A stretch of DNA of 64,000 nt from the IMG/VR virus record IMGVR_UViG_3300033148_003679, positions 20,324 through 84,323 of that record, one strand, 5' to 3'. Shown in pieces: positions 1-9,784 of this stretch (position 1 is its first letter; every line of letters begins with the position of its first letter). Made by a program: the position numbers and the translations under genes. The stretch is from a virus. A model generated the notes under the pieces. It was not told the DNA's origin, ran no database searches, and saw only the letters and a list, made by a program, of their open reading frames with translations.

Positions 1-726
1 AGCAGATATAATGGTTATCGATACCGGTGCCCGACGAGTCAAAAATTCGTTTACAATTGCATCCCAAACCCTTTCACGGTACACTATGGACTCGGCTTCT
101 TTACGATTCTTAAAAAAATCGTCTACAACTCCGATTACATAACCGGAACCTGTTAGACCACCTGTTAGACCTGTAGACACTATATCGCCGGTAGATTCCT
201 GCCATTCTTTTTTCACTTGATCATAATAGTCCGTTCGCCAAAGAGCATCGGTTCGTTTTTTCACACTTAACCGCACGTTCGGAAACAGTTTATGATATTG
301 CGGCGACTGAACAATGTTGCGAGCTTTACGAGAAAACTTATGTACGAGATTAGCACCATATCCTGTAAACATCATGTCAGGTTGCATAAACGCTAGTCTA
401 CCTGCCATATACGGTGGCAAAGCACAAGAAACCATATCCGATTTTCCTGCCCTAAAATGAGTTTTAATAGCCAGAAATGTATCATATCCGTCTAACAGAT
501 CTTCAACGGCCTGGTCAATACGTGCGGCAATAATCCTTGTATGTAACCCTTCACAAAACGGTTGCGGCATCCACCATACATATTTCATGAAATCAAGGAA
601 ATGGGTACGGGCACGGGCACGACGACGCAACTCTCGTGCAGCGTCTAACAACTTTCGATCTTCATGCGCGCTCATCTGCCGTTTCGCCGCAGTTTCAACG
701 CTGCTGACAGGGATACTATTGGCCAT
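1..726 (-). CDS. terL: Terminase large subunit, N-terminal ATPase part (runs off the window edge)
   Basis: Not in the ORF track; translated by hand from ATG at 726: MANSIPV...RARARTHFLDFMKYVW...IKTHFRAGKSD (Walker A variant of PPRxGKS)...GLTGGLTGSGYVIGVVDDFFK (Walker B). Overlaps the terS stop. Confidence 0.9.
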   Translation of the reverse strand, partial: MANSIPVSSVETAAKRQMSAHEDRKLLDAARELRRRARARTHFLDFMKYVWWMPQPFCEGLHTRIIAARIDQAVEDLLDGYDTFLAIKTHFRAGKSDMVSCALPPYMAGRLAFMQPDMMFTGYGANLVHKFSRKARNIVQSPQYHKLFPNVRLSVKKRTDALWRTDYYDQVKKEWQESTGDIVSTGLTGGLTGSGYVIGVVDDFFKNRKEAESIVYRERVWDAIVNEFLTRRAPVSITIISA

Positions 727-1687
727 CTCGCATCTTTCTTATCCGTCGTCCTACATCTTTAATCAGGTTGGGTCGAGGATCAACGTCGGGACTCTTTTTC
801 TGTTGCGGTTCTGGTATATCCATATCCGAATCGCCAACATTCCAATCATCGTCTTCTTCTATTATATCTTCTGTATACAAAGACTCTTCTTCACCATACA
901 TAATTTCATCGCCAACGTTTTCAACCTCGAACCCGTCATCCAAATCTGCAAAAACGTTTTCCATTATATCGCTAAACTCTTGATCTTCTTTTGGGGTCAA
1001 AGTGGTTTTAGTTGGCAAAGTTTCGGGCGGTGGAATCTCTATGTTTAACCCCTGTTTCTTCGCAATTGACGTTATAAGATTGTGTAAAAAAGCGTCACTC
1101 TGGCTAGACGTTTCGAGACTACCGTCAGTCCGCGATATACCTATACCAAGATGTTTTGCAAGCGTTTTTAGAGCTTCTGGTTTAGAATACAGCTTTACTG
1201 TAGTAGTAGTTTTACCGGATTTGTCAATCACCTGTTTGATTTCGCTGATTGCAGCAGCAACGTCTTCTGGCAGATCAGCTGAAGGAATAAGTCGAATCCA
1301 TTCACTGACTGTCCCGGTTTTCTTTTCATCGTCCTGCGAACTCTCTGTACGTCCCCACTGTATAACATCAGTAATCTTTACAAATGCCAGTCGAGCAAGT
1401 TCTTCTACAACTTTATCAGCTGATACAAACGTTCTTCGCATACGTTCAGCTTTAGCGTCCGCAATAGCGTCAAGAATCTTCTGCTGTTTGATTAACGCCA
1501 GTCCTGTCCGACGTGCAGTTTTAGGAGAATATCCGGCACGAAGAGCAGCTTTCGGTGCACTCATATCTATTAGATATTCGTATACAAATCTCTGTTGTAA
1601 ACCTGATATGCCAGTTTGCTCTTGATCTATTTCAGGTTTAGACCGCGACTTGGGTCTGTTAGATTTGTTATTAGACTTGTTTGCCAT
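716..1687 (-). CDS. terS: Terminase small subunit with acidic C-terminal extension
   Basis: QQRFVYEYLIDMSAPKAALRAGYSPKTA HTH, ADKVVEELARLAF, VKLYSKPEALKTLAKHLG; directly upstream of terL. Confidence 0.9.
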   Translation of the reverse strand: MANKSNNKSNRPKSRSKPEIDQEQTGISGLQQRFVYEYLIDMSAPKAALRAGYSPKTARRTGLALIKQQKILDAIADAKAERMRRTFVSADKVVEELARLAFVKITDVIQWGRTESSQDDEKKTGTVSEWIRLIPSADLPEDVAAAISEIKQVIDKSGKTTTTVKLYSKPEALKTLAKHLGIGISRTDGSLETSSQSDAFLHNLITSIAKKQGLNIEIPPPETLPTKTTLTPKEDQEFSDIMENVFADLDDGFEVENVGDEIMYGEEESLYTEDIIEEDDDWNVGDSDMDIPEPQQKKSPDVDPRPNLIKDVGRRIRKMRDGQ

Positions 1688-1866
1688 TATTCTGGTGTTT
1701 CTCCTCGTCGTTCCTGATCTTTCTGAATAGCATAGCCTTGAATACGCGCCCGTCGTTCAGCCTCTTTTCGAGCAGCTTCGTTTCCGAGCGTATATGTATA
1801 ACACTTTCCTGTTTTACCCCATCGGAATCCAGGTTTGCCATCTTTTCTACATGGTTGGACAGGCAT
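1687..1866 (-). CDS. Small phage protein (59 aa, MPVQPCRKDGKPGFRWGKTGKCYTY...)
   Basis: Hand-translated; GGAGG RBS upstream; its stop overlaps the terS start. Confidence 0.7.
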   Translation of the reverse strand: MPVQPCRKDGKPGFRWGKTGKCYTYTLGNEAARKEAERRARIQGYAIQKDQERRGETPE

Positions 1867-1891
1867 ATTTTAGTACCTCCATTTCGATGCT

Positions 1892-2509
1892 CTATTCTTC
1901 TATTTTGGTGTTAAGCAACGGCAAAGCTAACGGTGAACGGGTTTCAACACGTTGTAAAAAACTTTTTGGAGCGTCGTATATGAGTGTCGGTGCTGTAACA
2001 GTTATCCTGTCAACTTCATCGTTAATATCTTCGAGAGATGTTTCTGCGCCATCGTCTTTATTTGTGCTGTCGTCTTTGTTCTTGTCATCCATCTTATTAT
2101 CGTCACTGCCATGAATATCGCCAGACTTTACTGCCATCTGTTTTGTTGGCAACATAATTGTAGACACACTAGACGATATATCGGCATCGTCGTAACCTAC
2201 CAGAGTGTTGCGCGACACGGCATGGTCACCTGTCGGGCCTATAGTTAGAGCCGAGCCAATACCTACTCCAAGAGCGTTGAGTGCCGAACCTATCCCGACA
2301 GATACCGGGTTAAGAGTTGAAGCTGAAATTTCCAGAAACTTTTCAACAGGTCTTACAGCAGATTCAACTACTTTTACTATAACACTATCTGTTTCCGGTG
2401 CTCTATACACGTGCGTAGTCTGGACAGCTTTCCTGTCTGTACGAAACGTAGCACAGCTAATAGACAATAGAAGAGTAACACATAACATAACATAAACTTG
2501 TAACTTCAT
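1892..2509 (-). CDS. Putative lipoprotein
   Basis: Hydrophobic N-terminus ending in a lipobox-like LSISC. Confidence 0.55.
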   Translation of the reverse strand: MKLQVYVMLCVTLLLSISCATFRTDRKAVQTTHVYRAPETDSVIVKVVESAVRPVEKFLEISASTLNPVSVGIGSALNALGVGIGSALTIGPTGDHAVSRNTLVGYDDADISSSVSTIMLPTKQMAVKSGDIHGSDDNKMDDKNKDDSTNKDDGAETSLEDINDEVDRITVTAPTLIYDAPKSFLQRVETRSPLALPLLNTKIEE

Positions 2510-2514
2510 TTGGT

Positions 2515-3078
2515 TTAACCTCTCTTCTTTCTTTTTCGTAAAGCCGCCTGTACCCTCTTGTTCTGTGTAAGTCGGGACAATGCTCTAAGAGGATGCGAAT
2601 AACCAGCCGCTTTAACAGCTTTAAGAGGGTCTAACCCTTCGCGACGATATATCACATAGAGAGCCTGTTTTTCGGTCAAATCTTTGTATTGAGACAGTTC
2701 CGTTATCTTGACCTCTGGTTTATCAGTATAATCGGATTCCTGAAACTTATTCACATCCAGTTTACCGGCTAACGTTTCGGCGACAACCCGCATCCGCTGA
2801 TTGACTTTTATCTGTTTTTCGAGCGGTATATCAACTTTGCTGTTCTTGAGTTTATGTGACATGTCTCGTAGAAGTTTGGACACAACCTCTTCGTACCGGA
2901 AATTTATCTCGTCACCTTCAATTTCTTTCGCTATCTTTTTAAACGATTCCTGGGCTAACCGTCTGACAAACAATCTATACCGTATTGGACATTTTTTGAT
3001 AAGTATTACGAGATAACTTACAAGAAAAGTACTGACAATCCCGATAGGAAACAAATGTTCTACAATCCATTCTATCAT
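2515..3078 (-). CDS. Membrane-anchored protein with C-terminal terS-like HTH
   Basis: N-terminal TM helix; LTEKQALY...KAVKAAGYSHP resembles the terS HTH. Confidence 0.55.
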   Translation of the reverse strand: MIEWIVEHLFPIGIVSTFLVSYLVILIKKCPIRYRLFVRRLAQESFKKIAKEIEGDEINFRYEEVVSKLLRDMSHKLKNSKVDIPLEKQIKVNQRMRVVAETLAGKLDVNKFQESDYTDKPEVKITELSQYKDLTEKQALYVIYRREGLDPLKAVKAAGYSHPLRALSRLTQNKRVQAALRKRKKRG

Positions 3079-3112
3079 TTTTTATATTCTCCTGCTACTA
3101 TATACATGTTTA

Positions 3113-3277
3113 TCAACGACGCCGGTTACGCGGTCTACCACGACGAACCGTTCCGCGACGACTTGTTCCACGACGCGAAACATTTAAGCTCCGTCTAGTA
3201 CCGGTCCTACACGGGCCTAACCCGCGTCCAGTACGAGGACCTGCACCGTTCGGGCCTGTCCCATCTCTATTGGGCAT
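3113..3277 (-). CDS. DUF5320-like small Gly/Arg-rich protein (54 aa)
   Basis: Hand-translated MPNRDGTGPNGAGPRTGRGLGPC...RRGRPRNRRR; GGAGGTG RBS. Confidence 0.7.
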   Translation of the reverse strand: MPNRDGTGPNGAGPRTGRGLGPCRTGTRRSLNVSRRGTSRRGTVRRGRPRNRRR

Positions 3278-3397
3278 ACTTTTTCACCTCCTTGTTATTG
3301 TTGTCCGACTCTAACTCCTGTGTACTACCTACATACAACGTCTTTTTTCAGTTCATTGTTCATTATTCCTGTATATTACCTATGTACCGTCACTTTA

Positions 3398-3426
3398 CAT
3401 ATATCACAAAAAACAGGTTTTGTCAA
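3398..3426 (-). promoter_or_regulatory. Sigma70-like promoter for the packaging operon
   Basis: TTGACA-17 nt-TATATG with extended -10 TG. Confidence 0.5.
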
Positions 3427-3605
3427 ATGTATATTCGTGATTTAACTTTTTGATCTTATTTATGATATAATAGATTAGAAGTTGAATGCAGGGGAATGTT
3501 AGATAAAGAAAGAGAAGAGATATGGCAAGGTTAATACAGAGATATAGGGGTGAATTGTTGGTTTGTTAGTCTGCTGGTTTATTGGCCTGAAAGATTAGAC
3601 TTGGT

Positions 3606-5828
3606 TTACGAACATTTACTCCAACCACATTCCAGACATACACGACAACCGCCTTCAGAAACCAATTGGCTATCGCATAGAGGACATGTATCGGGAACTT
3701 GCTGTAAAGTGTCGTACGATATATCTGACGTATTATCTGTGCAATTGTTAGAACTGTTATTATTGTTCCAGAAATGTTCTAACGCCCGGCCAATAGCGTC
3801 TGGACATGACAATACTTTTAATTGTTTACCTTTACAAGACAGACATCGGATACCGCGCAGTTGTTCGATCACGTCCGTAACATTTACACCTGCACGTAAA
3901 GCTAACGATACGATTCTGCTAATAGCCTCGCTTTGCGCCGGACACCCGCCGGCTTTACCAAGGATAGTAAACACTTCACAGATTCCGTCGTTGTCTTTGT
4001 TGACGGTAACGTATAGCGTACCACAAGCGACTCTAAACTTTGTAGTTGTACCTTCTGTAACCTGGTCACGGACACGTGGACTGATAGACGTTAGACTAGT
4101 ACTACTGGAAATGTTTTGAGATTGAGACGATGAAGTAAGTATCTGTGTTTCTTTACATCCGTCCCGGAACACTGTAACACCTTTACACCCCATTTTATAT
4201 GCCATTATATACGTATTTCTCACATCTGCTACAGTAGCATTATGCGTAAGATTGACAGTTTTTGAAATTGAATTGTCCACATATTTCTGGAACGCCGCTT
4301 GCATAAGCACATGAGATGAAGGGTCTATATCATGTGCAGTTTTGAACACTTCTTTTGTTCTGTCAGGGACACCGTCCATATTCTGTATACTACCACCAGC
4401 TTCCGATAACTTGTCAAAGAAGTTTTCAATCCCCCAATACTGGTTCTTCTTTGCATATCGTTCAAATACGGGGTTGACCATCTGGACATATTCGTCGTCG
4501 ATTTTCCGGTTGTATATAAGTGCATAGTTAGGTTCGATACCAGACGAACAGTTTGCAAGAAGAGAAAGGGTGCCAGTAGGTGCAACTGTAGTACATGCAG
4601 CGTTCCGCATATTTGCAAATTCACGGTACCATTCGCTCCCTTCAAACCCGTCGAAACTGCTACGACTCGCACCCAGAGATGCAGACGCTGTATGTGCCAG
4701 ATTAGAAATAATTCTCATAATTTCCGAACCTAATTCCCGAGCTTCTACAGAATCGTATGGGATTTCCAGCATATACAAAACGTCTGCAAACCCCATAACG
4801 CCTAACCCGATCTTTCTATTACGTAGTGTAGCCGTCCTGATCTCGTTTGTAGGGTATACGTTTACAGATATTGTATCATCGAGAAATCGTACACATGTGG
4901 AGACAGTTTTGGACGCAAGTAGTTTCGAGAAGTCAAATGAACGGGTAGATTCATTTACAAATTTCGTGAGGTTTATAGAACCCAGACAACAGCTTTCGTT
5001 TGCTAACAAAAACTGTTCGCCACACGGGTTACACGCTTCGATTCTACCGAGATTTGGTGTAGGATTAGTCGCGTTTACTTTGTCAATAAACAGTATACCG
5101 GGATCGCCGCAAGCGTGGGCTGTAGAACATATCAGGTTCCATAATTCGACGGTTTTTACAGATTTGTATACTTTACTGCCAAATTTCAGGTTGAATGTCT
5201 CTTTACCGGACAATAGATGATCCATAAACTCGTCTGTAACCGATACAGAAATGTTAAACGCTTCAAGACCGCCATTCCTTTTACACTGGACAAACTCTTC
5301 GATGTCAGGATGGTCGATACGTAGAATACCGATGTTGGCACCTCGACGCATACCACCCTGTTTTACCCGCTGGCAAAAAGAATGGATAGCTTGCATGAAA
5401 CTTATCGGGCCGGAAGCTACTCCGTTAGTGGTTTTGACCCGTGCACCGCGTGGCCGTAACTGTGAAAAGTCGAACCCTACACCACCGCCAAGTTTCTGGA
5501 TTATAACCGCTATAGAGTTAGCATCGAGGATACCTTGCATAGTATCCGGCACGTTTACAACAAAACATGCCGATAACATGGATGGTGAACCTTCCCGACC
5601 AGCGTTGAATAGTGTAGGTGAATTGGGCAGAAATGTACCGGATTCCATTAGAGAATAGAACTTGTTCTCCCATTTTGTTTGATATGGTTCCAGTTCAGCT
5701 TCTGCAATATATCTGGCTACCCGCCGCCATAACATGTCTGGAGATGTTTCAACAAGTATATAGTTTTCGTCTCGAACCAAATATCGTTTTTCGAGTAAAG
5801 ATTTTGCAAGTTTTGTTAATTCTGCCAT
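3606..5828 (-). CDS. nrdJ: Class II (adenosylcobalamin-dependent) ribonucleotide reductase with C-terminal TSCPD/zinc-ribbon domain
   Basis: PNSPTLFNAG, SACFV, NPCGEQ, RKIGLGVMG, VAPTGTLS, SSGIEP, SCPDAIG, CPLC...CLECG. Confidence 0.95.
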   Translation of the reverse strand: MAELTKLAKSLLEKRYLVRDENYILVETSPDMLWRRVARYIAEAELEPYQTKWENKFYSLMESGTFLPNSPTLFNAGREGSPSMLSACFVVNVPDTMQGILDANSIAVIIQKLGGGVGFDFSQLRPRGARVKTTNGVASGPISFMQAIHSFCQRVKQGGMRRGANIGILRIDHPDIEEFVQCKRNGGLEAFNISVSVTDEFMDHLLSGKETFNLKFGSKVYKSVKTVELWNLICSTAHACGDPGILFIDKVNATNPTPNLGRIEACNPCGEQFLLANESCCLGSINLTKFVNESTRSFDFSKLLASKTVSTCVRFLDDTISVNVYPTNEIRTATLRNRKIGLGVMGFADVLYMLEIPYDSVEARELGSEIMRIISNLAHTASASLGASRSSFDGFEGSEWYREFANMRNAACTTVAPTGTLSLLANCSSGIEPNYALIYNRKIDDEYVQMVNPVFERYAKKNQYWGIENFFDKLSEAGGSIQNMDGVPDRTKEVFKTAHDIDPSSHVLMQAAFQKYVDNSISKTVNLTHNATVADVRNTYIMAYKMGCKGVTVFRDGCKETQILTSSSQSQNISSSTSLTSISPRVRDQVTEGTTTKFRVACGTLYVTVNKDNDGICEVFTILGKAGGCPAQSEAISRIVSLALRAGVNVTDVIEQLRGIRCLSCKGKQLKVLSCPDAIGRALEHFWNNNNSSNNCTDNTSDISYDTLQQVPDTCPLCDSQLVSEGGCRVCLECGWSKCS

Positions 5829-5915
5829 AAGGCTGGGTTCTCCTTTAGCCGAGTCTCGTTCGTAATTCGTTCAACCACTTGCGAAACGTCTGATCTGCTA
5901 TAGTAGTAGGTTTAG

Positions 5916-7271
5916 TCATAGATCGAGTACCCCTTGCCGGGACCAATGTTCAATCCGCTGCCGCGCGATCTCACAATACTGTTCGTCCTTCTCGATCCCA
6001 ATAAACGAACGGTTCTCCAGATAAGCGGCAATACCAGTTGTACCGCTACCCATGAAAGGATCGAGTACCGTGCCGCCTGTTGGCATACGGGTCAATCGGC
6101 ACAGATATCGCATAAGAGGGACATTTTTCACTGTGGGATGCCCGTTACGATGGCATCTTACTTTTTGACCTTTATCATTTAGATGGTGCGTTGAATCCAG
6201 TTGGCCACATTTCAAACATGGCAGATGACCTATAAGTCCTTGTTCTCGTTCAGACCGAGACGCTTTACTAGTATAGCATATTCGTTTAAAGTAGCGGGAC
6301 ACACCACCAATGCCCGGATACCGTGTAGTTACTACTCCTCCACCGATATTGATCGCGCTACCCTTGTTCTTCCCACCACCGGTTTTATAATTACCTTCAG
6401 TTGTAATTTCACTCTGCTCGTCCACCATCTCGGCAGCCGTCTCGTCCAAGATTAGATTCGCAGGCCAGCGACCTTGTACTGTCTTTTCTGCTGCCTCCAT
6501 CCCAATTTTATTCCATCCATCATCATTTAAGTTTCTATTCTTAGTCAATCCTGGCTGGTATGTATGCTCTTCCTTCCCTATCCGCGCCCCGTCAATCCAT
6601 AACCCGGCAACTCCCCACTTTTCGGCATTCTGCGCGAACGTACCGTCCAGCGGTTTCATCGCTAACACAATTGGCTCGTATGCAGGTTTGAGTGCCGTCC
6701 CATACCCGTCCCACTGCTTAGCGAGATCAGTTGCAGGAGCGGTGATGTCAACACCATGACCAAAAGATTCTGATGTACCATAACCACTGTTTTGACTATG
6801 TATTGTATAATTTGTGTCACGGCCTTGTTCTCGAAATTGGATTGACTGTGTTTTGCCAATTACTTCCCTCTCAACCCCTGCTGCCTTATCAATCGCCTTG
6901 CTAATATCATGCGATTTCGGAAAGCCTGACCCGTACACCCAAAGTAACGGCCCGTACAGAAATCCCATACAATCCCGTATCTCCCACCCTGCATCTTCGA
7001 TAGCGCACGTCAACCGATGATATGTACGGGTACCGCCAAACGCTATAAGCATCGCACCTGGTTTGGCTACGCGGAGAGCTTCGTGCCATAGTTCAACATT
7101 TGCGGCAGGATTGTCCTTTGGTTTATCAAACTCTTTTGCCATGAACCCTATCATATACGGCGGATCGCAGATTATCGTGTCTACACTATTCTCCGGCATC
7201 TCGCGCATAACGGTCAAACAGTCATCGTGATACAGGATCGTCTTCCCATACTCATAATACGGTTCAGCCAT
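5916..7271 (-). CDS. N6-adenine/N4-cytosine DNA methyltransferase (beta class)
   Basis: DPPY catalytic motif, HPTVK, VLDPFMGSGTTG SAM-binding motif. Confidence 0.92.
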   Translation of the reverse strand: MAEPYYEYGKTILYHDDCLTVMREMPENSVDTIICDPPYMIGFMAKEFDKPKDNPAANVELWHEALRVAKPGAMLIAFGGTRTYHRLTCAIEDAGWEIRDCMGFLYGPLLWVYGSGFPKSHDISKAIDKAAGVEREVIGKTQSIQFREQGRDTNYTIHSQNSGYGTSESFGHGVDITAPATDLAKQWDGYGTALKPAYEPIVLAMKPLDGTFAQNAEKWGVAGLWIDGARIGKEEHTYQPGLTKNRNLNDDGWNKIGMEAAEKTVQGRWPANLILDETAAEMVDEQSEITTEGNYKTGGGKNKGSAINIGGGVVTTRYPGIGGVSRYFKRICYTSKASRSEREQGLIGHLPCLKCGQLDSTHHLNDKGQKVRCHRNGHPTVKNVPLMRYLCRLTRMPTGGTVLDPFMGSGTTGIAAYLENRSFIGIEKDEQYCEIARQRIEHWSRQGVLDL

Positions 7272-7462
7272 AATTCAAATATTACCTTCTATCATATAGC
7301 TAGCTAGCACTCAACTATCAACACAATCATTATATATGTCGAACCAGTTTACGCATCGTTGTTGCTATATCCTCCTAACAAGAACTAACAAGAATTACCC
7401 CGCTCAGAGCTTTTTATGGCAAGCCGGACCTTTTTACTATAAATCGAGCGGGGTAACAGACT

Positions 7463-7771
7463 CTATTTTTTCTTTTTCTCTGACGGTTTCCGTTTCGCTT
7501 TTGCTTTTTTCTTTGATTTAACACATTTTAACTCACATCTACTCAAAATCGCTACTTTAGGTATCTTTACCAACCCGTCTACTATACCACTATTCGGTTC
7601 CTGTGTCAGTACAACCATTACATAAACATTGTCTTCTGCATAAACCTGACCTACCGTAACCATCTCGAAAGGATCACCCTCAAAAAACTTTTCGGCTTCC
7701 TCTTTTGTAAACCATCTCATGTTGTCCGGCGAATTCGCGTCTATCCATTCAATTCTTTCTACTGGTAACAT
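7463..7771 (-). CDS. Hypothetical phage protein
   Basis: IEWIDA...TVG...IPKVAI pattern; sits in the minus-strand operon. Confidence 0.6.
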   Translation of the reverse strand: MLPVERIEWIDANSPDNMRWFTKEEAEKFFEGDPFEMVTVGQVYAEDNVYVMVVLTQEPNSGIVDGLVKIPKVAILSRCELKCVKSKKKAKAKRKPSEKKKK

Positions 7772-7944
7772 GGTCTATGCCTTATCTGTTTCTTTTCTAT
7801 TGTTATACTGTCTATGGCCAACAGAATACTTTGTCACATGCAAATTTCGTTTCCATGCAGGCCAACTCTTTATCGTCGCTCGGGCTACACTGGCCAGTTT
7901 CCAGAAATCCATATTCTCAACATTAATACGTTTGGTTATTGCCA

Positions 7945-8151
7945 TTACTTTTTCCCGTCACTTGCATATAACCCGTCTCTATCTTCCCACTTAAAACTAG
8001 ACTCCTGCTGAAACTGTCGTTTAAGACAGAGCCGACAATGCCGGTGTTCTCGTCCACGCTGAGTCCACGATTTACCATCATATTTCCACCAATGTCCGTA
8101 TATAGCACAGATTTCGCCATTAAGAGCCATTTCCTGTACAGATGTCGCCAT
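7945..8151 (-). CDS. Hypothetical small protein
   Basis: GAGGAG RBS; CxxxGH...HCRLC motif. Confidence 0.55.
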   Translation of the reverse strand: MATSVQEMALNGEICAIYGHWWKYDGKSWTQRGREHRHCRLCLKRQFQQESSFKWEDRDGLYASDGKK

Positions 8152-8196
8152 TTTTGTATTCTCCTCTACACGAAGTCTGTAGGTTTTGCAGTAAGT

Positions 8197-8484
8197 CTAT
8201 AGGTCTTGTAACAAATCGTTTACCCGGTTATGTATTATTACTAACGGTGGTTCGGGCGGATCATGTAAGGGTTCGATAAGCCCGCCCCCGCCACACGTCT
8301 GGCAAAACGGGTTATGTCCGTCACAGTCGGGACACAACTCTAACACAAACGGGTTACACCAACAAGGGGTGTCAACATAGTTGGTATGTTCCTTTATATC
8401 TGTCCTTGGCGACGGCATTATATGTACAATATCGTCTCGTTCTTTATTAGCCCATTCCCATCCAGAACAGAATCTTGTGCACAT
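8197..8484 (-). CDS. Hypothetical Cys/His-rich protein
   Basis: EH...CWCNP...CPDC...CQTCGG...IHN. Confidence 0.55.
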   Translation of the reverse strand: MCTRFCSGWEWANKERDDIVHIMPSPRTDIKEHTNYVDTPCWCNPFVLELCPDCDGHNPFCQTCGGGGLIEPLHDPPEPPLVIIHNRVNDLLQDL

Positions 8485-8499
8485 GTTCCTGCTATTCCT

Positions 8500-8793
8500 T
8501 TAAGTAGTAAGGTGGCTATACTTATGCTTCAGCAACCACTCTTGCGAGTCGTCGATCCAAGCGTATGTCACGAATTCGCCGCTGTGATCCATAAAGGATA
8601 AAGTGTCATTATCCCCTTTGGCTGTAGTTATTAGCCGAATTGAGAAGTCGCAGGATTGATACGCCTGAATGATTATCTTCTCTGCCTTATTGTGGGTCAT
8701 TTTTGTTGGTAATTCGTGAATATCCATTTTCTGATTATTCCTCTCAAATATCGTCTTGTTTCTCTGCTCTTTTAACAAGAAAAATAGTAGCAA
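8500..8793 (-). CDS. Hypothetical protein (true start probably at MDIHEL)
   Basis: ORF track; downstream of the promoter at 8898-8927. Confidence 0.45.
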   Translation of the reverse strand: MLLFFLLKEQRNKTIFERNNQKMDIHELPTKMTHNKAEKIIIQAYQSCDFSIRLITTAKGDNDTLSFMDHSGEFVTYAWIDDSQEWLLKHKYSHLTT

Positions 8794-8876
8794 GGCGATG
8801 CTCGATGCCGTACACAGAAAGGAGGAGGAAAGAGTAGAGGGACATCACATAACCTTGCTACTATAATTATTTCCTA

Positions 8877-8927
8877 TGTACTACCTACGCATGATCTATT
8901 ATACCATAAACAAGAGCAAAAAGTCAA
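8877..8927 (-). promoter_or_regulatory. Sigma70 promoter plus conserved leader
   Basis: TTGACT-18 nt-TATAAT followed by AGATCATGCGTAGGTAGTACA. Confidence 0.75.
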
Positions 8928-9094
8928 ATTACAACTATACCCGCACCCGCCACTATTACCGCTCTTTCCTGCGCACTCCTTGATAACTTCTTGCCATTGT
9001 TATCATTTGCCGCTGGGGCGAACAATCCTGTAGAAAATTTTTGGCCTATACAAAAAGCTGACAGAACAGTGAAAAAAGAGGTGGGGGTGAGTGA

Positions 9095-9700
9095 TATACT
9101 AACCTTATACTAATTTCATACTAATTCATACTAATTTAGTATATCCAAGTACTGCTGGCAAAACTGTCAACCATTAATATTGTCCTCTTCGGGGTGTGAC
9201 AAAAGAATAAGCAAAAGGATAACTATTCGCTCCGGAACTCCAGTGTTACAATCAGTTTGCCGTATGCTCTCTCGATATTGTCGAGCCACCACTCATCTTC
9301 AAACTGTTCCATGCACTCATTGGTCTGTAAGGGATCCATGTCAGATAGAATTGAAACGACAAGCTGTGCAAATCCGCCGGACTCGGGATCTGTGATGATA
9401 TAGAGAAAGGCTTCCGATATTGAAATGTATTTGCCAGCATTCCGAAAGATGTCACCTAGTAAGACTAACAGGAACCGATTTTTTTCAATAAACGAGACTA
9501 CAGCGTCGCGTTCGCGGAATATGAAACATGTTTCAAGTGAGTCTATCGTGGATGCAGTAGCTTTTTGTCGAAGGAAATGAGGAATTGCAACATTCTTAAA
9601 GTGATAATGCCGGTTGAAAAGGAGCATCGAGTTTACCGCCTTTTGTTGTATTCTCTTTATACTAACCTTACACTAATTCATACTAATTTAATATATCCAA
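9095..9700. repeat. Direct repeats (9095-9148, 9658-9700) built of ATACTAAY units, flanking one gene
   Basis: TATACTAACCTTA(T/C)ACTAAT...CATACTAATTTA(G/A)TATATCCAA occurs twice. Confidence 0.8.
9223..9627 (-). CDS. Hypothetical protein
   Basis: 134 aa ORF with AGGCGG RBS, lying between the direct repeats. Confidence 0.6.
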   Translation of the reverse strand: MLLFNRHYHFKNVAIPHFLRQKATASTIDSLETCFIFRERDAVVSFIEKNRFLLVLLGDIFRNAGKYISISEAFLYIITDPESGGFAQLVVSILSDMDPLQTNECMEQFEDEWWLDNIERAYGKLIVTLEFRSE

Positions 9701-9723
9701 ACTTATTTAAACTCCTTTGTGGT

Positions 9724-9776
9724 CTGACTTTTTAATTTTGTTTATGGTATAATAGATCATACGTAGATAGTACACA
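9724..9776 (+). promoter_or_regulatory. Promoter plus leader pointing antisense into the Dam-like methylase
   Basis: CTGACT-18 nt-TATAAT AGATCATACGTAGATAGTACACA; an inverted copy of 10873-10925. Confidence 0.6.
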
Positions 9777-9784
9777 GGCAAATT

